DNA of 64,000 bases from Elusimicrobiota bacterium. Lineage in GTDB: Bacteria > Elusimicrobiota > Elusimicrobia > F11. Every line of letters begins with the position of its first letter. The stretch's first letter is position 1. A program made the translations under genes and the position numbers. A model generated the notes under the pieces. That model saw nothing but the letters and a program-made list of their open reading frames with translations, was not told where the DNA came from and searched no databases. This document shows positions 10,201 through 18,939 of the stretch, piece after piece. The stretch lies in assembly GCA_044221725.1 (NCBI GenBank), contig JBGAON010000001.1:480001-544000 (forward strand). Reading direction: 5' to 3'.

Positions 10201-10850
10201 CTCTCACTCGTTTTCGTGATGAAATGGCCAGTTACACGACCTGTACCATGGGCAAATTGCCGGATTCGGGAACCGTTCGCGTCGCCGGCCACGTTCTCTC
10301 CGTGCGCCGCATGACGACCAAAAAAGGGCACTTGATGGCGCGCTTTGTGCTTGAGGACTTGGAGGGCGAGTTGGAAATAACGATTTTCCCGAAAGGACTT
10401 ACGCCAGAGGTAAACGCGCTGTTGGCGCCAGGCGCCATGCTCGTCGTGAAAGGACAGGTGGAGACGCGCGAGGGGGGTGACACCGGTGGCGGTCGTCAGC
10501 TGTTGGCCGAGGAAGTAATTTCGTTTTTGTCGGCACGCGACCGGTTCGTTCGATTGCTAAACGTCACGGTGAAAGAAGATGCCGACGACGCGTTGTTTAA
10601 CCAGCTGAAAGAACTTTTTGGTAAATATCCGGGACTTTGCCGCGTGAACATTGTTATGCCGTCATCGGAAGGCGACACGGTCATCGAAACACGCACCGGC
10701 ATCAAACCGTCCGATGCGTTTATTGCGGAATTGGAAAAGATCGTTGGGCCCGATTGCTGGTCCTTCGGGAAAAAGGTAGGAAGCGCTCCGGCGCCCGATA
10801 AAAGATCATCCTCGCGGAACGTCAAAGAACTTTCTGGTGCTTCCGCCTAA
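7260..10850 (+). CDS. dnaE: DNA polymerase III alpha subunit
   Basis: PHP HLHNHSEYSLLDG, GPGRGSGAGSLV, PDLDIDF, KVDFLGL, YGFNKSH, C-terminal OB fold. Confidence 0.98.
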   Translation: MTTKTAPFVHLHNHSEYSLLDGAARLTDDKGKPSEFIQTMAKMGYTALALTDHGNLFGAIEFYKVCKEVGIKPIIGMEAYLAPSSRFDKEARLGEAAYHLTLLAYTREGYENLMKLSSTAYLEGFHYKPRVDKDILAKHAKGIMGFSGCLKGEIPVALRAGNFEAAKSLVEQYKGIFGPAHFYLEVMDHGLEMQKELLPKLMELSKATGTPLVATNDCHYFKRDDHVAHDVVLCIGTGKKITDEKRMKYGAPEFYYKPPEDMMKKFKDLPDALSATLAIAEQCEMKIDFDQLLLPRYEVPVGDTPESYLKRLCLEGLTRRKGHIPDNYRQRLEMELGVINKMGFAPYFLIVWDFIHFARQNGIPVGPGRGSGAGSLVAYSLAITSIDPIENGLLFERFLNPDRRSMPDLDIDFSDDGRDQVIQYVRKKYGENCVAQIITFGSMLARGVVRDVGRVLEMPLPEVDKIAGLIPRELGITIDAAMQSVPELKQLYKTNAEVTRLIDLAKKLEGLKRHTGVHAAGTVISPTDITAFTPLSKNNKDIVTTQFDGETLGKLGLLKVDFLGLRTLTVIRDALNLIHKRHGPAFDLDKIPVDDKATYSLLCRADVSGVFQLESGGMRDLLRKLKPASLSDITALISLFRPGPMGSGMLDEFVARKNDPSKIKFDHPLMKPILEETYGIMVYQEQVMRISQALAGFTPGEADGLRKAMGKKIKEELEKQRGKFIDGAAKNNIKEKLANDIFDLMVHFGGYGFNKSHASAYGLISYQTAYLKANFPVEYMAALCTNEIGRSTMASKEEESKLVGYLSDCRDMNIEVLPPDVQISEATFTVESAVNATKPLLRFGLLAIKNVGTGAVESIVKARGDGRFESLQDFCSRIDTRLANKRVVESLIKAGAVDHMLNLPPRQARPRLIEGVDAALSASAKLKQDADFAEQSLFGEIEIKSMTKVPSIQMNSTAEWTQEALLQNEKEVLGLYLSGHPLTRFRDEMASYTTCTMGKLPDSGTVRVAGHVLSVRRMTTKKGHLMARFVLEDLEGELEITIFPKGLTPEVNALLAPGAMLVVKGQVETREGGDTGGGRQLLAEEVISFLSARDRFVRLLNVTVKEDADDALFNQLKELFGKYPGLCRVNIVMPSSEGDTVIETRTGIKPSDAFIAELEKIVGPDCWSFGKKVGSAPAPDKRSSSRNVKELSGASA

Positions 10851-10863
10851 AAAAGGAGAATTC

Positions 10864-11223
10864 GTGGCCGATATTTTGGTTGCTGACGACGAAGAAGTGC
10901 TTCTCGAGTTGATCCGTTTTAGTTTGGCTTCGGCTGGACACAGCGTGACCGCCGTGAAGAACGGGAAAATGGCAGTGGATGAATCGCGCAAGAAGAAGTT
11001 CGATCTTATTGTGATGGATGTGATGATGCCGGTGTTGGACGGATATCATGCGGCGTCCGAAATAAATCAAGATCCGAAGGCACCGCCGATTTTGCTTTTA
11101 ACGTCGCGCGACTACGATCAAGACCAAGCTGCTATCAAAGGCTCCGGCGTATCGGCGTTTCTGTCGAAGCCGTTCGAGGTCAATGAACTTTTGGAGACGA
11201 TCGCTACACTGGTAAAAAAATGA
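10864..11223 (+). CDS. Single-domain response regulator (CheY-like)
   Basis: ILVADDE, DLIVMDVMMP, LLTS, KPF; GTG start after AAAGGAG. Confidence 0.9.
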   Translation: MADILVADDEEVLLELIRFSLASAGHSVTAVKNGKMAVDESRKKKFDLIVMDVMMPVLDGYHAASEINQDPKAPPILLLTSRDYDQDQAAIKGSGVSAFLSKPFEVNELLETIATLVKK

Positions 11224-11954
11224 AGTTTTTAAAGCAATTTTCATTTGTCGCTGCACTTTCCCTCGGTGGTTCGATTATCCATGGCCGCGAAGCGGTAAAG
11301 ACGAGCGAGAGCACATCGGTCGAGTTGATTGATACACCGACGCCCGATGCGGTTGACCATTACGGATATTATGTGTCGTTTCGTTTCGGGAAGGACGGTA
11401 ATCTCCAGAACAAAACGATTTTTGGCGTTTTCCCGCGCCTGAATCTCGGTTTTGGTTTGGATGGTGAGCGCATTTTGGGCACCGGCGACGCGCGTTTGAA
11501 CAAGCCCACGATCAATTTGAAATTGCGCGCGTTCGATGGAAAAGGCCTCCTCCCCGCGGTGGCATTGGGGTACGATGGCCAGGGCTATCATTACAACAAG
11601 ACCGAAGACGAATATGAGCAGCGCCAAAAAGGTTTTTATTTGGTCGGCGGCTGGCATCCGTTTACACCCGATTTGAGCTGGACGCTCGGCATGGACGTGT
11701 TTGATTTCGACACCGGAAATTCGGTCCGCGGTTTTACCGGATTGACCTACACGTACCAGAAATTAGTTGGTTTTATGTTTGAATACGACAACTTTGATGA
11801 TTATAAGGATCGACGCTTAAATTTTGGAGCAAAGGTATACATAACGCCGGTATTTACGGTAGATTTGGTCGGTCGCGACGTTCCTAAGACATTTCGAAGC
11901 GACGAACGCGAAACCGAGCGCGTTATTCGACTGACCTATACCGGATCGTTTTAA
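11220..11954 (+). CDS. Predicted outer-membrane beta-barrel protein (YjbH-like)
   Basis: Signal peptide, LIDTPT N-terminal motif, amphipathic beta-strands, C-terminal Phe. Confidence 0.55.
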   Translation: MKFLKQFSFVAALSLGGSIIHGREAVKTSESTSVELIDTPTPDAVDHYGYYVSFRFGKDGNLQNKTIFGVFPRLNLGFGLDGERILGTGDARLNKPTINLKLRAFDGKGLLPAVALGYDGQGYHYNKTEDEYEQRQKGFYLVGGWHPFTPDLSWTLGMDVFDFDTGNSVRGFTGLTYTYQKLVGFMFEYDNFDDYKDRRLNFGAKVYITPVFTVDLVGRDVPKTFRSDERETERVIRLTYTGSF

Positions 11955-11957
11955 ATT

Positions 11958-12869
11958 GTGACAATGGCCCTCTTAATGGAAGAAAAGCCTCAAACATCTC
12001 AAACCTCTCCACTGCTCACGCCGTGGCAACGGGTTCAGCTCGCGCGCAACCCAAAGCGTCCCTATTTTGGCGACTACATCCCACGGCTGTTTGACGATTT
12101 TATGGAGCTTCATGGCGACCGCGCGTTTGCGGACGACGCTGCGCTCATGGGCGGTCTCGCGAAAATCGATGGGCAGTCCGTTGTGGTTATTGGCCATAAG
12201 AAAGGCCGCACGCTGCAAGAATCGCTCGAACAAAATTTCGGAATGCCGCACCCCGAAGGGTATCGAAAGGCGTTGCGGCTCATGAAACTTGCCGAGCAAT
12301 TTCATTTGCCGGTTTTGGCGTTCGTCGACACGTCGGGTGCTTATCCCGGAATTGGCGCCGAGGAGCGCGGACAAGCCGAAGCAATTGCCCGCAACTTGCG
12401 GGAAATGGCGGCGCTTAAAGTGCCGATCATCGTGACAGTGATTGGAGAAGGCGGATCGGGCGGGGCGCTCGCTATTGCTGTTGGCGACACGATTTTGATG
12501 CTCGAGAACGCGTGGTATTCGGTGATCTCTCCCGAAGGCTGTGCGGCCATTCTTTTTCATGACGCGTCCAAAGCCGAAGTGGCGGCCAAGGCGCTTAAAA
12601 TTACCGCCGAAGACTTGAAGAAGCTCGGCGTCATCGACGAGATTATTACCGAGCCGGCCGGTGGCGCGCACAACGATCCCGATGGCACCGCCGCGAACCT
12701 TAAACAAGCAATTCTTAAGTCGTTGAAGTCACTTTGTAATGTTCCTACCGAAAAACTTCTGAAAGACAGATTCGAAAAATTTCGTAAGATCGGCGCCTGG
12801 CAAGAGAGCAAAGCCGCTTCAACCGCGGTACCTTCCTCACCCCGCCAAACAAAAAAGAAAAAAACCTGA
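11958..12869 (+). CDS. accA: Acetyl-CoA carboxylase carboxyltransferase alpha
   Basis: [54 protein letters not shown]. Confidence 0.97.
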   Translation: MTMALLMEEKPQTSQTSPLLTPWQRVQLARNPKRPYFGDYIPRLFDDFMELHGDRAFADDAALMGGLAKIDGQSVVVIGHKKGRTLQESLEQNFGMPHPEGYRKALRLMKLAEQFHLPVLAFVDTSGAYPGIGAEERGQAEAIARNLREMAALKVPIIVTVIGEGGSGGALAIAVGDTILMLENAWYSVISPEGCAAILFHDASKAEVAAKALKITAEDLKKLGVIDEIITEPAGGAHNDPDGTAANLKQAILKSLKSLCNVPTEKLLKDRFEKFRKIGAWQESKAASTAVPSSPRQTKKKKT

Positions 12870-12881
12870 AGTAATTCAGAA

Positions 12882-12910
12882 TCGTCTCCCCCGCGTAGGC
12901 GAGGGTCCAG
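12882..12910. repeat. Single arm of a family A element between accA and fbaB
   Basis: CGTCTCCCCCGCGTAGGCGAGGGTCCAG resembles CGTCATTCCCGCGAAAGCGGGAATCCAG at 201. Confidence 0.65.
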
Positions 12911-12948
12911 ACACACAAATACTTCATTACATATTAAGGAGAAAGATA

Positions 12949-13998
12949 ATGTCGTTAGATATTGAAGCGCTATTGGGAAAAGAAGCCAAATCGCTGTTGG
13001 AACACAAAGCGAAGATCCCAAAAGAATCCTTGCACCTGCCGACGCCCGATTACGTAAGCCAGATGTATGGCTTGTCCGACCGTCCGACGCCGGTTCTAAA
13101 GAACCTCCAAGCGCTTTTTGATAATGGGCGCCTTCGTGGCACCGGATATCTTTCGATCTTGCCTGTCGATCAAGGCATCGAACACTCTGCGGCCGCGTCG
13201 TTTGCTCCAAATCCGATGTACTTCGATCCAGAAAATATCGTGAAGCTCGCCATCGAAGGCGGTGCGAACGCGGTGGCATCGACGCTGGGCGTGCTTGGTT
13301 CCGTTGCCCGCAAATACGCGCACAAAATTCCGTTTATCTTAAAAATCAATCACAACGAAATCCTGTCGTATCCGAACACATTCGACCAAACAATGTACGG
13401 TAGCGTGAAGCAGGCGTACGATATGGGCGCGGTTGCGATTGGCGCCACGATTTATTTTGGTTCCGCCGAATCCCGTCGTCAAATTTGGGAAGTGAGCCAA
13501 GCGTTTCAACACGCGCACGAGCTCGGTATGACAACAATCCTTTGGTGCTACACGCGCAACAACGCGTTCAAAACCAAAGAGAAAGACTATCACGTGTCGG
13601 CGGATTTGACGGGCCAAGCGAATCATCTCGGTGTCACCATCGAAGCCGATATCATCAAGCAGAAACTTCCGGAGAACAACGGCGGCTACACAGCGCTCAA
13701 CTTCGGAAAAACGCACAAAAAAGTTTACACCGATCTCACAACCGATCACCCGATCGATCTTACGCGTTATCAGGTGCTCAATTGCTATTCGGGCCGAGCG
13801 GGTCTTATTAACTCGGGCGGTGCTTCGGGCGACAACGATTTCGCCGAAGCCGTGAAAACCGCGATCATCAACAAGCGTGCGGGCGGCATGGGTCTCATCT
13901 CGGGCCGCAAAGCGTTCCAGCGTCCGATGGCCGAAGGTGTGAAGCTCTTGAACACGATCCAGGACGTTTATCTGTCGAAGCAAGTTACCATCGCTTAA
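12949..13998 (+). CDS. fbaB: Class I fructose-bisphosphate aldolase (DhnA type)
   Basis: [43 protein letters not shown]. Confidence 0.96.
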   Translation: MSLDIEALLGKEAKSLLEHKAKIPKESLHLPTPDYVSQMYGLSDRPTPVLKNLQALFDNGRLRGTGYLSILPVDQGIEHSAAASFAPNPMYFDPENIVKLAIEGGANAVASTLGVLGSVARKYAHKIPFILKINHNEILSYPNTFDQTMYGSVKQAYDMGAVAIGATIYFGSAESRRQIWEVSQAFQHAHELGMTTILWCYTRNNAFKTKEKDYHVSADLTGQANHLGVTIEADIIKQKLPENNGGYTALNFGKTHKKVYTDLTTDHPIDLTRYQVLNCYSGRAGLINSGGASGDNDFAEAVKTAIINKRAGGMGLISGRKAFQRPMAEGVKLLNTIQDVYLSKQVTIA

Positions 13999-13999
13999 C

Positions 14000-15031
14000 A
14001 TGGCACAGAAAATCGGAATTCTCACAGGCGGCGGAGACTGCCCGGGTTTAAACCCAGCAATTCGCGGTGCCGTGATGCGTGGTTTGGATCACGGTTTTGA
14101 GTTCGTTGGTCTTCTTGAAGGTTGGAGAGGCTTGGTCGAAGGAAATTCGCGGCCATTGTCACTCGAAGACGTTCAAGATATTGCGAAGTTGGGCGGAACC
14201 ATTCTTAAAACATCGCGCACAAACCCGTTCAAGAAAGAAGGCGCCGTTGAAAAGTGCCTCGCGAATTTCAAGAAATTGAAGTTGGATGCGCTGATCGCGA
14301 TGGGGGGCGAAGACACGCTCGGTGTGGCCACAAAACTTTTCGAACAGCACAAGGTAAATGTCGTCGGTGTTCCAAAAACGATGGACAATGATTTGTCGTC
14401 GACCGACTTTACGTTTGGTTTTGATACGGCCACCGCGATTGCCGTTGATGCGGCCGAGCGACTGAAGGACACCGGAGCGAGCCACTCGCGCATTATGGTC
14501 CTTGAAGTGATGGGGCGTCACGCCGGTTGGGTGGCGCTTTACACGGGTCTTGCATCCGCTGCCGATTGGATTTTGTTACCCGAAGAAGAACCGCAGATCG
14601 ACAGGATGTGCGAGCATTTGAAGAAAGCGCACGCGCGCAAAGGCGTGGCGCTCGTGGTCGCTTCCGAAGGAACCGAACTTCCGCAGTACAAGAATGTAAA
14701 ACAACAGCTCGATCAGTTCGGTCACATGTTGCTTAAAGATCGTGGCGTGGGAGACGACCTCGCGAAATTGATTGAAGAGAAAACAAAGATTGAAACTCGT
14801 TCGGCGACCATTGGTCACATTCAACGGGGAGGAGCGCCGTCGCTCTTCGATCGAATTCTTGGTCTTCGCGTCGGAGCGGCCGCCGCTGACCTGATTGCGA
14901 AGAAAGATTTTGGAAAGATGGTGGCGTTGCGCGGCACCGACGTTGTACCCGTTCCGCTTAAAGAAGCCACGGGCACGCTGAAAGTTGTGACATCCGAGTG
15001 GCTCAAGCTTGCTGAGGTCTTTTGGAAATAG
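14000..15031 (+). CDS. pfkA: 6-phosphofructokinase (PfkA family, possibly PPi-dependent)
   Basis: TGGGDCPGLN, GGEDT, PKTMDND, EVMGRHAGW, GHIQRGG. Confidence 0.93.
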   Translation: MAQKIGILTGGGDCPGLNPAIRGAVMRGLDHGFEFVGLLEGWRGLVEGNSRPLSLEDVQDIAKLGGTILKTSRTNPFKKEGAVEKCLANFKKLKLDALIAMGGEDTLGVATKLFEQHKVNVVGVPKTMDNDLSSTDFTFGFDTATAIAVDAAERLKDTGASHSRIMVLEVMGRHAGWVALYTGLASAADWILLPEEEPQIDRMCEHLKKAHARKGVALVVASEGTELPQYKNVKQQLDQFGHMLLKDRGVGDDLAKLIEEKTKIETRSATIGHIQRGGAPSLFDRILGLRVGAAAADLIAKKDFGKMVALRGTDVVPVPLKEATGTLKVVTSEWLKLAEVFWK

Positions 15032-15043
15032 GAGTATCTTTGC

Positions 15044-15334
15044 ATGGGTGAACCCATTCGCCATCCCGATCAAGAGAGAGTTAAAAACCTCGTAGAAAAA
15101 ATTCTTAAGAATCGAAGGAAAACGGCCGATTGGAGCGTGCAGATGATGGAGTACGAATTCTTGCGCGGCATGTATCGTGTTCGCCTTTCGCTTGAAGAGA
15201 ATACCGTTGTTGCGAATCTTCCCGCCGAACTTATCGATGAAACCGTTCATGGGGACAATCAATCGCGGCGTCGAATCCAGCACGCGCTGCGTGATGCGGT
15301 GAAAAGTTTCTATGACCTCCAAGACGAGGATTAA
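15044..15334 (+). CDS. Hypothetical protein
   Basis: 96-aa ORF with an AGGAG RBS, filling the gap in the operon. Confidence 0.7.
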   Translation: MGEPIRHPDQERVKNLVEKILKNRRKTADWSVQMMEYEFLRGMYRVRLSLEENTVVANLPAELIDETVHGDNQSRRRIQHALRDAVKSFYDLQDED

Positions 15335-15745
15335 GTGGCTGTTTCCCATGAATTTGAATTCCGCATTGCTTACGCCGATACCGATCGGATGGGCGTCGTT
15401 TATTACGCGAATTATCTGACGCTGTTTGAGCGCGGTCGAACCGAACTCATGCGCAACATGGGATTTCGCTACCGTGACCTCGAAGACAAATTGAAAGTGT
15501 TCCTGCCGGTCTCCGAAGCCAATTGCCGCTATCTTCACCCCGCGAAATACGATGATCTCATTCGTGTGATTACGCGCGTGGAAAAAATGGGTGGCGCATC
15601 GATTGATTTCACGTACGAAATCATCGATGTTGAAACGAAAACAAAAATTGCCGAAGGATTTACGCGGCACCCGTTTGTGAATGAAAAATGGAAACCGGTG
15701 CGCGTTCCAGCCGATATAAGGTCCAAGTTCTCGCCAGTCAATTAA
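15335..15745 (+). CDS. Acyl-CoA thioesterase (YbgC/FadM hotdog fold)
   Basis: RIAYADTDRMGVVYYANYL..FERGRTE. Confidence 0.92.
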   Translation: MAVSHEFEFRIAYADTDRMGVVYYANYLTLFERGRTELMRNMGFRYRDLEDKLKVFLPVSEANCRYLHPAKYDDLIRVITRVEKMGGASIDFTYEIIDVETKTKIAEGFTRHPFVNEKWKPVRVPADIRSKFSPVN

Positions 15746-15755
15746 CGGCGTCTTT

Positions 15756-17546
15756 GTGAGCCCGCAGAAAGCCAAATCCGTCTCGGAAGGTTCTCCATCT
15801 TTTAACGCCTGGGACGTTGCGATCGGTCTTATCGCGTGTGCAATTGTTTTTGTTTTTCCTCTGTTCCCCGATGAAAAGTTGGTTCGATTAAAACTCGAGG
15901 CGCTTGAAATCGGTATTTTTATTTTTGCGCTCGTCGTTGGACTCAGGACGATCGTTGAATCTCTTCCCTCGATCAAAACATGGCCCGCTACGATTTACGC
16001 CATCCTCTCGTGGGTTCTCGTGACGGCGATTTTCGTGAGCACCGCAAAAGAAAAATCACAAGCGATCGTCGAGTGGCGTCGCGTGTTGTTGGCCGCCACC
16101 GCGTTTATAAGTTTTTCGTTCGCCGCGCTTTCCGCTGATTGGAAGAGACGATTTCTGCTCACGTGGATTTTTTCCGGAACGCTCGCCGCCGTTTACGGGT
16201 TGCTGCAATTTACTGGCGGTGTTGGACCCATCGGTGTTCCTCAAATGGCACGAATTATGAGCACGTTTGGAAATTCGATTTTCTTCGCGGCTTTCTTGTC
16301 GCTCACTATTTTCGTTGTGTTCGCGGCAATATCGAGCGAGCGTGTCGACGAGGTTCGCTGGCTTCTGTGCGGGACCGTGATGATTCTCGTTGTGGCTTTT
16401 TATCACGCTCAGTCGCGGGCCGGCTGGCTTGCTTTCGGTGTTGCATTTCTCGTTGGAATTCTCGCGAAGTTCGGGCGGCGAAAAATACCACCGGCTGTTT
16501 GGCTTGTGGTTTTTTTTACGATGGGCGTGTTTTATTTTAAAACGGAAAAAATTTGGAAGCGGGATCAAGCGCATTTGCTGATTTGGCGGGACACGGTGCG
16601 GATGTGGAAAGATCATCCGGTGGCCGGCGTGGGGCTGGGCGCGTTTCACACCAATTTCCCGAAATACGCGCAGTCGGATCTGGTATCAAAATGGCCGCCC
16701 GGTCAATTTATCGTAAACGAAGCGCACAACGAATACCTGCAAACATTAGCGGAGGCCGGAATTATCGGACTTTGTGCGTTTCTTATTATTCCGATTTTGT
16801 TTTTTATTTCTGAGCGGCCGTGGAATTGGCTCACCATTGGCGTGCTCGGATCTTTCTTACAGAACTTCTTTTCGGTTGACATGCGGTTCGGCGTGTCGCT
16901 TGCAAACACATTTATGTTGATGGGGTTGGTGTCCTCGCAAGAACCGGAACAGCGAGCGGCGTCGAAGAAATTAAATTTATCAATCCCGCGCGTCCTGCTC
17001 GCCGCGGCTTGGATAGTTTTCCTGGTCGGGGTTGTCTGGCCGCGCCTTATGCGTCCGTATCGCGCGCAGAAAGAAGTCGCTGCCTCATCGGATTTTTTCG
17101 ATCAGCGGTTGCTCGATCCAACAAAAACCGTGGAGGATTTGGAACGTCTCGCGGAAACGTACCCGAACGAACCGGCGGTGTTCGAACGTTTGGCGTATGT
17201 GTATGCGAAGCAAATAAAAATGCCCGACAATCGAATCGATTTACCGATGACCACAAAAGCGATCGCAACATACGAGCGACTCATCGAACTCGATCCGCGT
17301 CGTATGGGGGCGTACAACAACCTCGCAAACATTTATTACACAATCGGTCGCGTTCCGAACGCGATCCAAACGTGGCAACGCGCGCTCGCAGTGAATCCGG
17401 ATTTCACGGATATTCATTTGAATTTGGGGAAGGTTTTGTTCGTGCAGGGAAAACTCAAAGAGGCGGCGGAGCATTTCGAGAGCGTGCTTAAGAAGGATCC
17501 CTCCAATGCGGAGGCAATCGTATATATGAAGAGGATGGTCGAGTGA
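15756..17546 (+). CDS. O-antigen ligase (Wzy_C) family membrane protein with C-terminal TPRs
   Basis: Multiple TM helices, STFGN, SRAGW, GVGLGAF, AHNEYLQ..AE.GIIG, followed by TPRs. Confidence 0.85.
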   Translation: MSPQKAKSVSEGSPSFNAWDVAIGLIACAIVFVFPLFPDEKLVRLKLEALEIGIFIFALVVGLRTIVESLPSIKTWPATIYAILSWVLVTAIFVSTAKEKSQAIVEWRRVLLAATAFISFSFAALSADWKRRFLLTWIFSGTLAAVYGLLQFTGGVGPIGVPQMARIMSTFGNSIFFAAFLSLTIFVVFAAISSERVDEVRWLLCGTVMILVVAFYHAQSRAGWLAFGVAFLVGILAKFGRRKIPPAVWLVVFFTMGVFYFKTEKIWKRDQAHLLIWRDTVRMWKDHPVAGVGLGAFHTNFPKYAQSDLVSKWPPGQFIVNEAHNEYLQTLAEAGIIGLCAFLIIPILFFISERPWNWLTIGVLGSFLQNFFSVDMRFGVSLANTFMLMGLVSSQEPEQRAASKKLNLSIPRVLLAAAWIVFLVGVVWPRLMRPYRAQKEVAASSDFFDQRLLDPTKTVEDLERLAETYPNEPAVFERLAYVYAKQIKMPDNRIDLPMTTKAIATYERLIELDPRRMGAYNNLANIYYTIGRVPNAIQTWQRALAVNPDFTDIHLNLGKVLFVQGKLKEAAEHFESVLKKDPSNAEAIVYMKRMVE

Positions 17547-17561
17547 GTGTTTTGACTTTGA

Positions 17562-17652
17562 AATCGTCGCTCCCGCGCAGGCGGGAACCCGGGTACAGTT
17601 AGACGATGCAATTCACGGTGTCTGGGCCCGCGCCTGCGCGGGAACGACGATT
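17562..17652. repeat. Palindromic element (family A) spanning the rlmD start
   Basis: AATCGTCGCTCCCGCGCAGGCG...CGCCTGCGCGGGAACGACGATT; 22-bp inverted repeat with one mismatch. Confidence 0.88.
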
Positions 17653-18904
17653 GCCCTTGTGTCCCCACTTCGGGTTTTGCGGTGGGTGTTCGAAGCAAAA
17701 TCTTCCGTATGAGGAGCAACTGCAAGCGAAGGAGCAGTCCGTTCGGAAATTGCTCGCGGGACTGGCCGTGCAGAATTTTCATTCGATTCTTGCTTCTCCG
17801 GATATTTATTTTTATCGGAACAAGATGGAATTCTCGTTTGGGAATGAGAAGGATCTCGCGATTCTCGGACGGGACCCTCACCCTGAGAGCCGCGTGCATC
17901 TTGGTCTCCATCCCAAAGGGCGGTTTGCGCTTGTGACGCCGACGCCGGAGTGTCAGTTGTTATCGGAGAGAAGTCAGCTGATATGCCGTGCGGTTGAAGA
18001 ATGGGCGAGCGATCATCAAGTTTCTGTTTATGTTCGAAAGAATGGAAAGGGCGATTTGCGGCATCTCGTGATCCGAGAAGGAAAAAATACCGGCGATTGT
18101 TTGGTGAACCTCGTATCGAAATCCACCACGCCGCATGTCGATGCCCTTGCCGAAAGATTGCGAGCCCTTCCTATTTCCACTTTCATTTGGACCGCTTACG
18201 ATGGATTGTCGGACGTCGCGGGTGGTGAAGGCGGCAAGGTTTATTGGGGCAACGGTGTCATCCACGAAAAGATTGGTGGGACGTTGTTTCGTGTCAACGC
18301 AAACTCGTTCATGCAAACGAACACGCGTGCCGCTGAGATATTGGTTCAATTGTTGAGGTTGTGGGTTTCGTCATCCCGGCACGCTTTTGGCCGGGATCCA
18401 GGTGTTTCTGAGGAAAACCTGGGCCCCGTACCGTTGAATCGGGACGGCCAAAAGATTGCCGGGGCGACACTATTGGATCTCTACTGCGGCGCCGGAACGA
18501 TTGGTTTGAGCTTGGCGAATTTGTTTGAGCGCGTAATAGGGATTGAAATAAATCGCCAGGCTATTCACGACGCGAACGAAAACCTGCGCGCCAACAATGT
18601 TGGAGACGTGAAGTTTCTAGAGGGGAAAGCGGAGGACGCGGCTGCCTTTTTGTCTGCCGACGAGATTCGCTCGGCGACCATTGTGGTGGATCCGCCGCGG
18701 CCGGGTCTCCATCCGAAACTTGTCGACACGTTGCTTCTGTGGAAAGCGCAGCGACTCTTTTATGTGTCGTGCAATCCGGAATCGTTGGCACGCGATTTGC
18801 AGCGGTTGAGCGCGGCTTATGAGGTTGCGCACGTGCAGCCGCTCGATTTTTTTCCGCATACCGATCACGTTGAAACGGCCGTTCAGCTTCGTTTAAAGGC
18901 CTGA
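17606..18904 (+). CDS. rlmD: 23S rRNA m5U methyltransferase (RlmD/TrmA family), lacking the N-terminal TRAM domain
   Basis: CPHFGFCGGC Fe-S motif, YRNKMEF, SFMQTN, DLYCGAGTIG, VDPPRPG, YVSCNP, FFPHTDHVE. Confidence 0.88.
   Translation: MQFTVSGPAPARERRLPLCPHFGFCGGCSKQNLPYEEQLQAKEQSVRKLLAGLAVQNFHSILASPDIYFYRNKMEFSFGNEKDLAILGRDPHPESRVHLGLHPKGRFALVTPTPECQLLSERSQLICRAVEEWASDHQVSVYVRKNGKGDLRHLVIREGKNTGDCLVNLVSKSTTPHVDALAERLRALPISTFIWTAYDGLSDVAGGEGGKVYWGNGVIHEKIGGTLFRVNANSFMQTNTRAAEILVQLLRLWVSSSRHAFGRDPGVSEENLGPVPLNRDGQKIAGATLLDLYCGAGTIGLSLANLFERVIGIEINRQAIHDANENLRANNVGDVKFLEGKAEDAAAFLSADEIRSATIVVDPPRPGLHPKLVDTLLLWKAQRLFYVSCNPESLARDLQRLSAAYEVAHVQPLDFFPHTDHVETAVQLRLKA
18370..18468. repeat. Palindromic element (family A variant) in frame inside rlmD, with an 18-nt nested insertion
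   Basis: GTCATCCCGGCACGCTTTTGGCCGGGATCCAGG...CCTGGGCCCC[18 nt]GGCCAAAAGATTGCCGGGGCGAC; 99 nt. Confidence 0.85.
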
Positions 18905-18939
18905 ACCGGAGATATGTTATTCTCGACGAAAATTCCTCT

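Noticed and set aside
7260..10850. Intein or split in dnaE
   Set aside because: Length and motif order are those of an ordinary DnaE; no intein-like insertion seen
17600..17602. Pyrrolysine/selenocysteine or recoded stop at the in-frame TAG before rlmD (and TGA at 41480 before mutL)
   Set aside because: TAG and TGA terminate many normal genes in this window, the upstream peptides are repeat-derived, and an ATG follows within 3-9 nt
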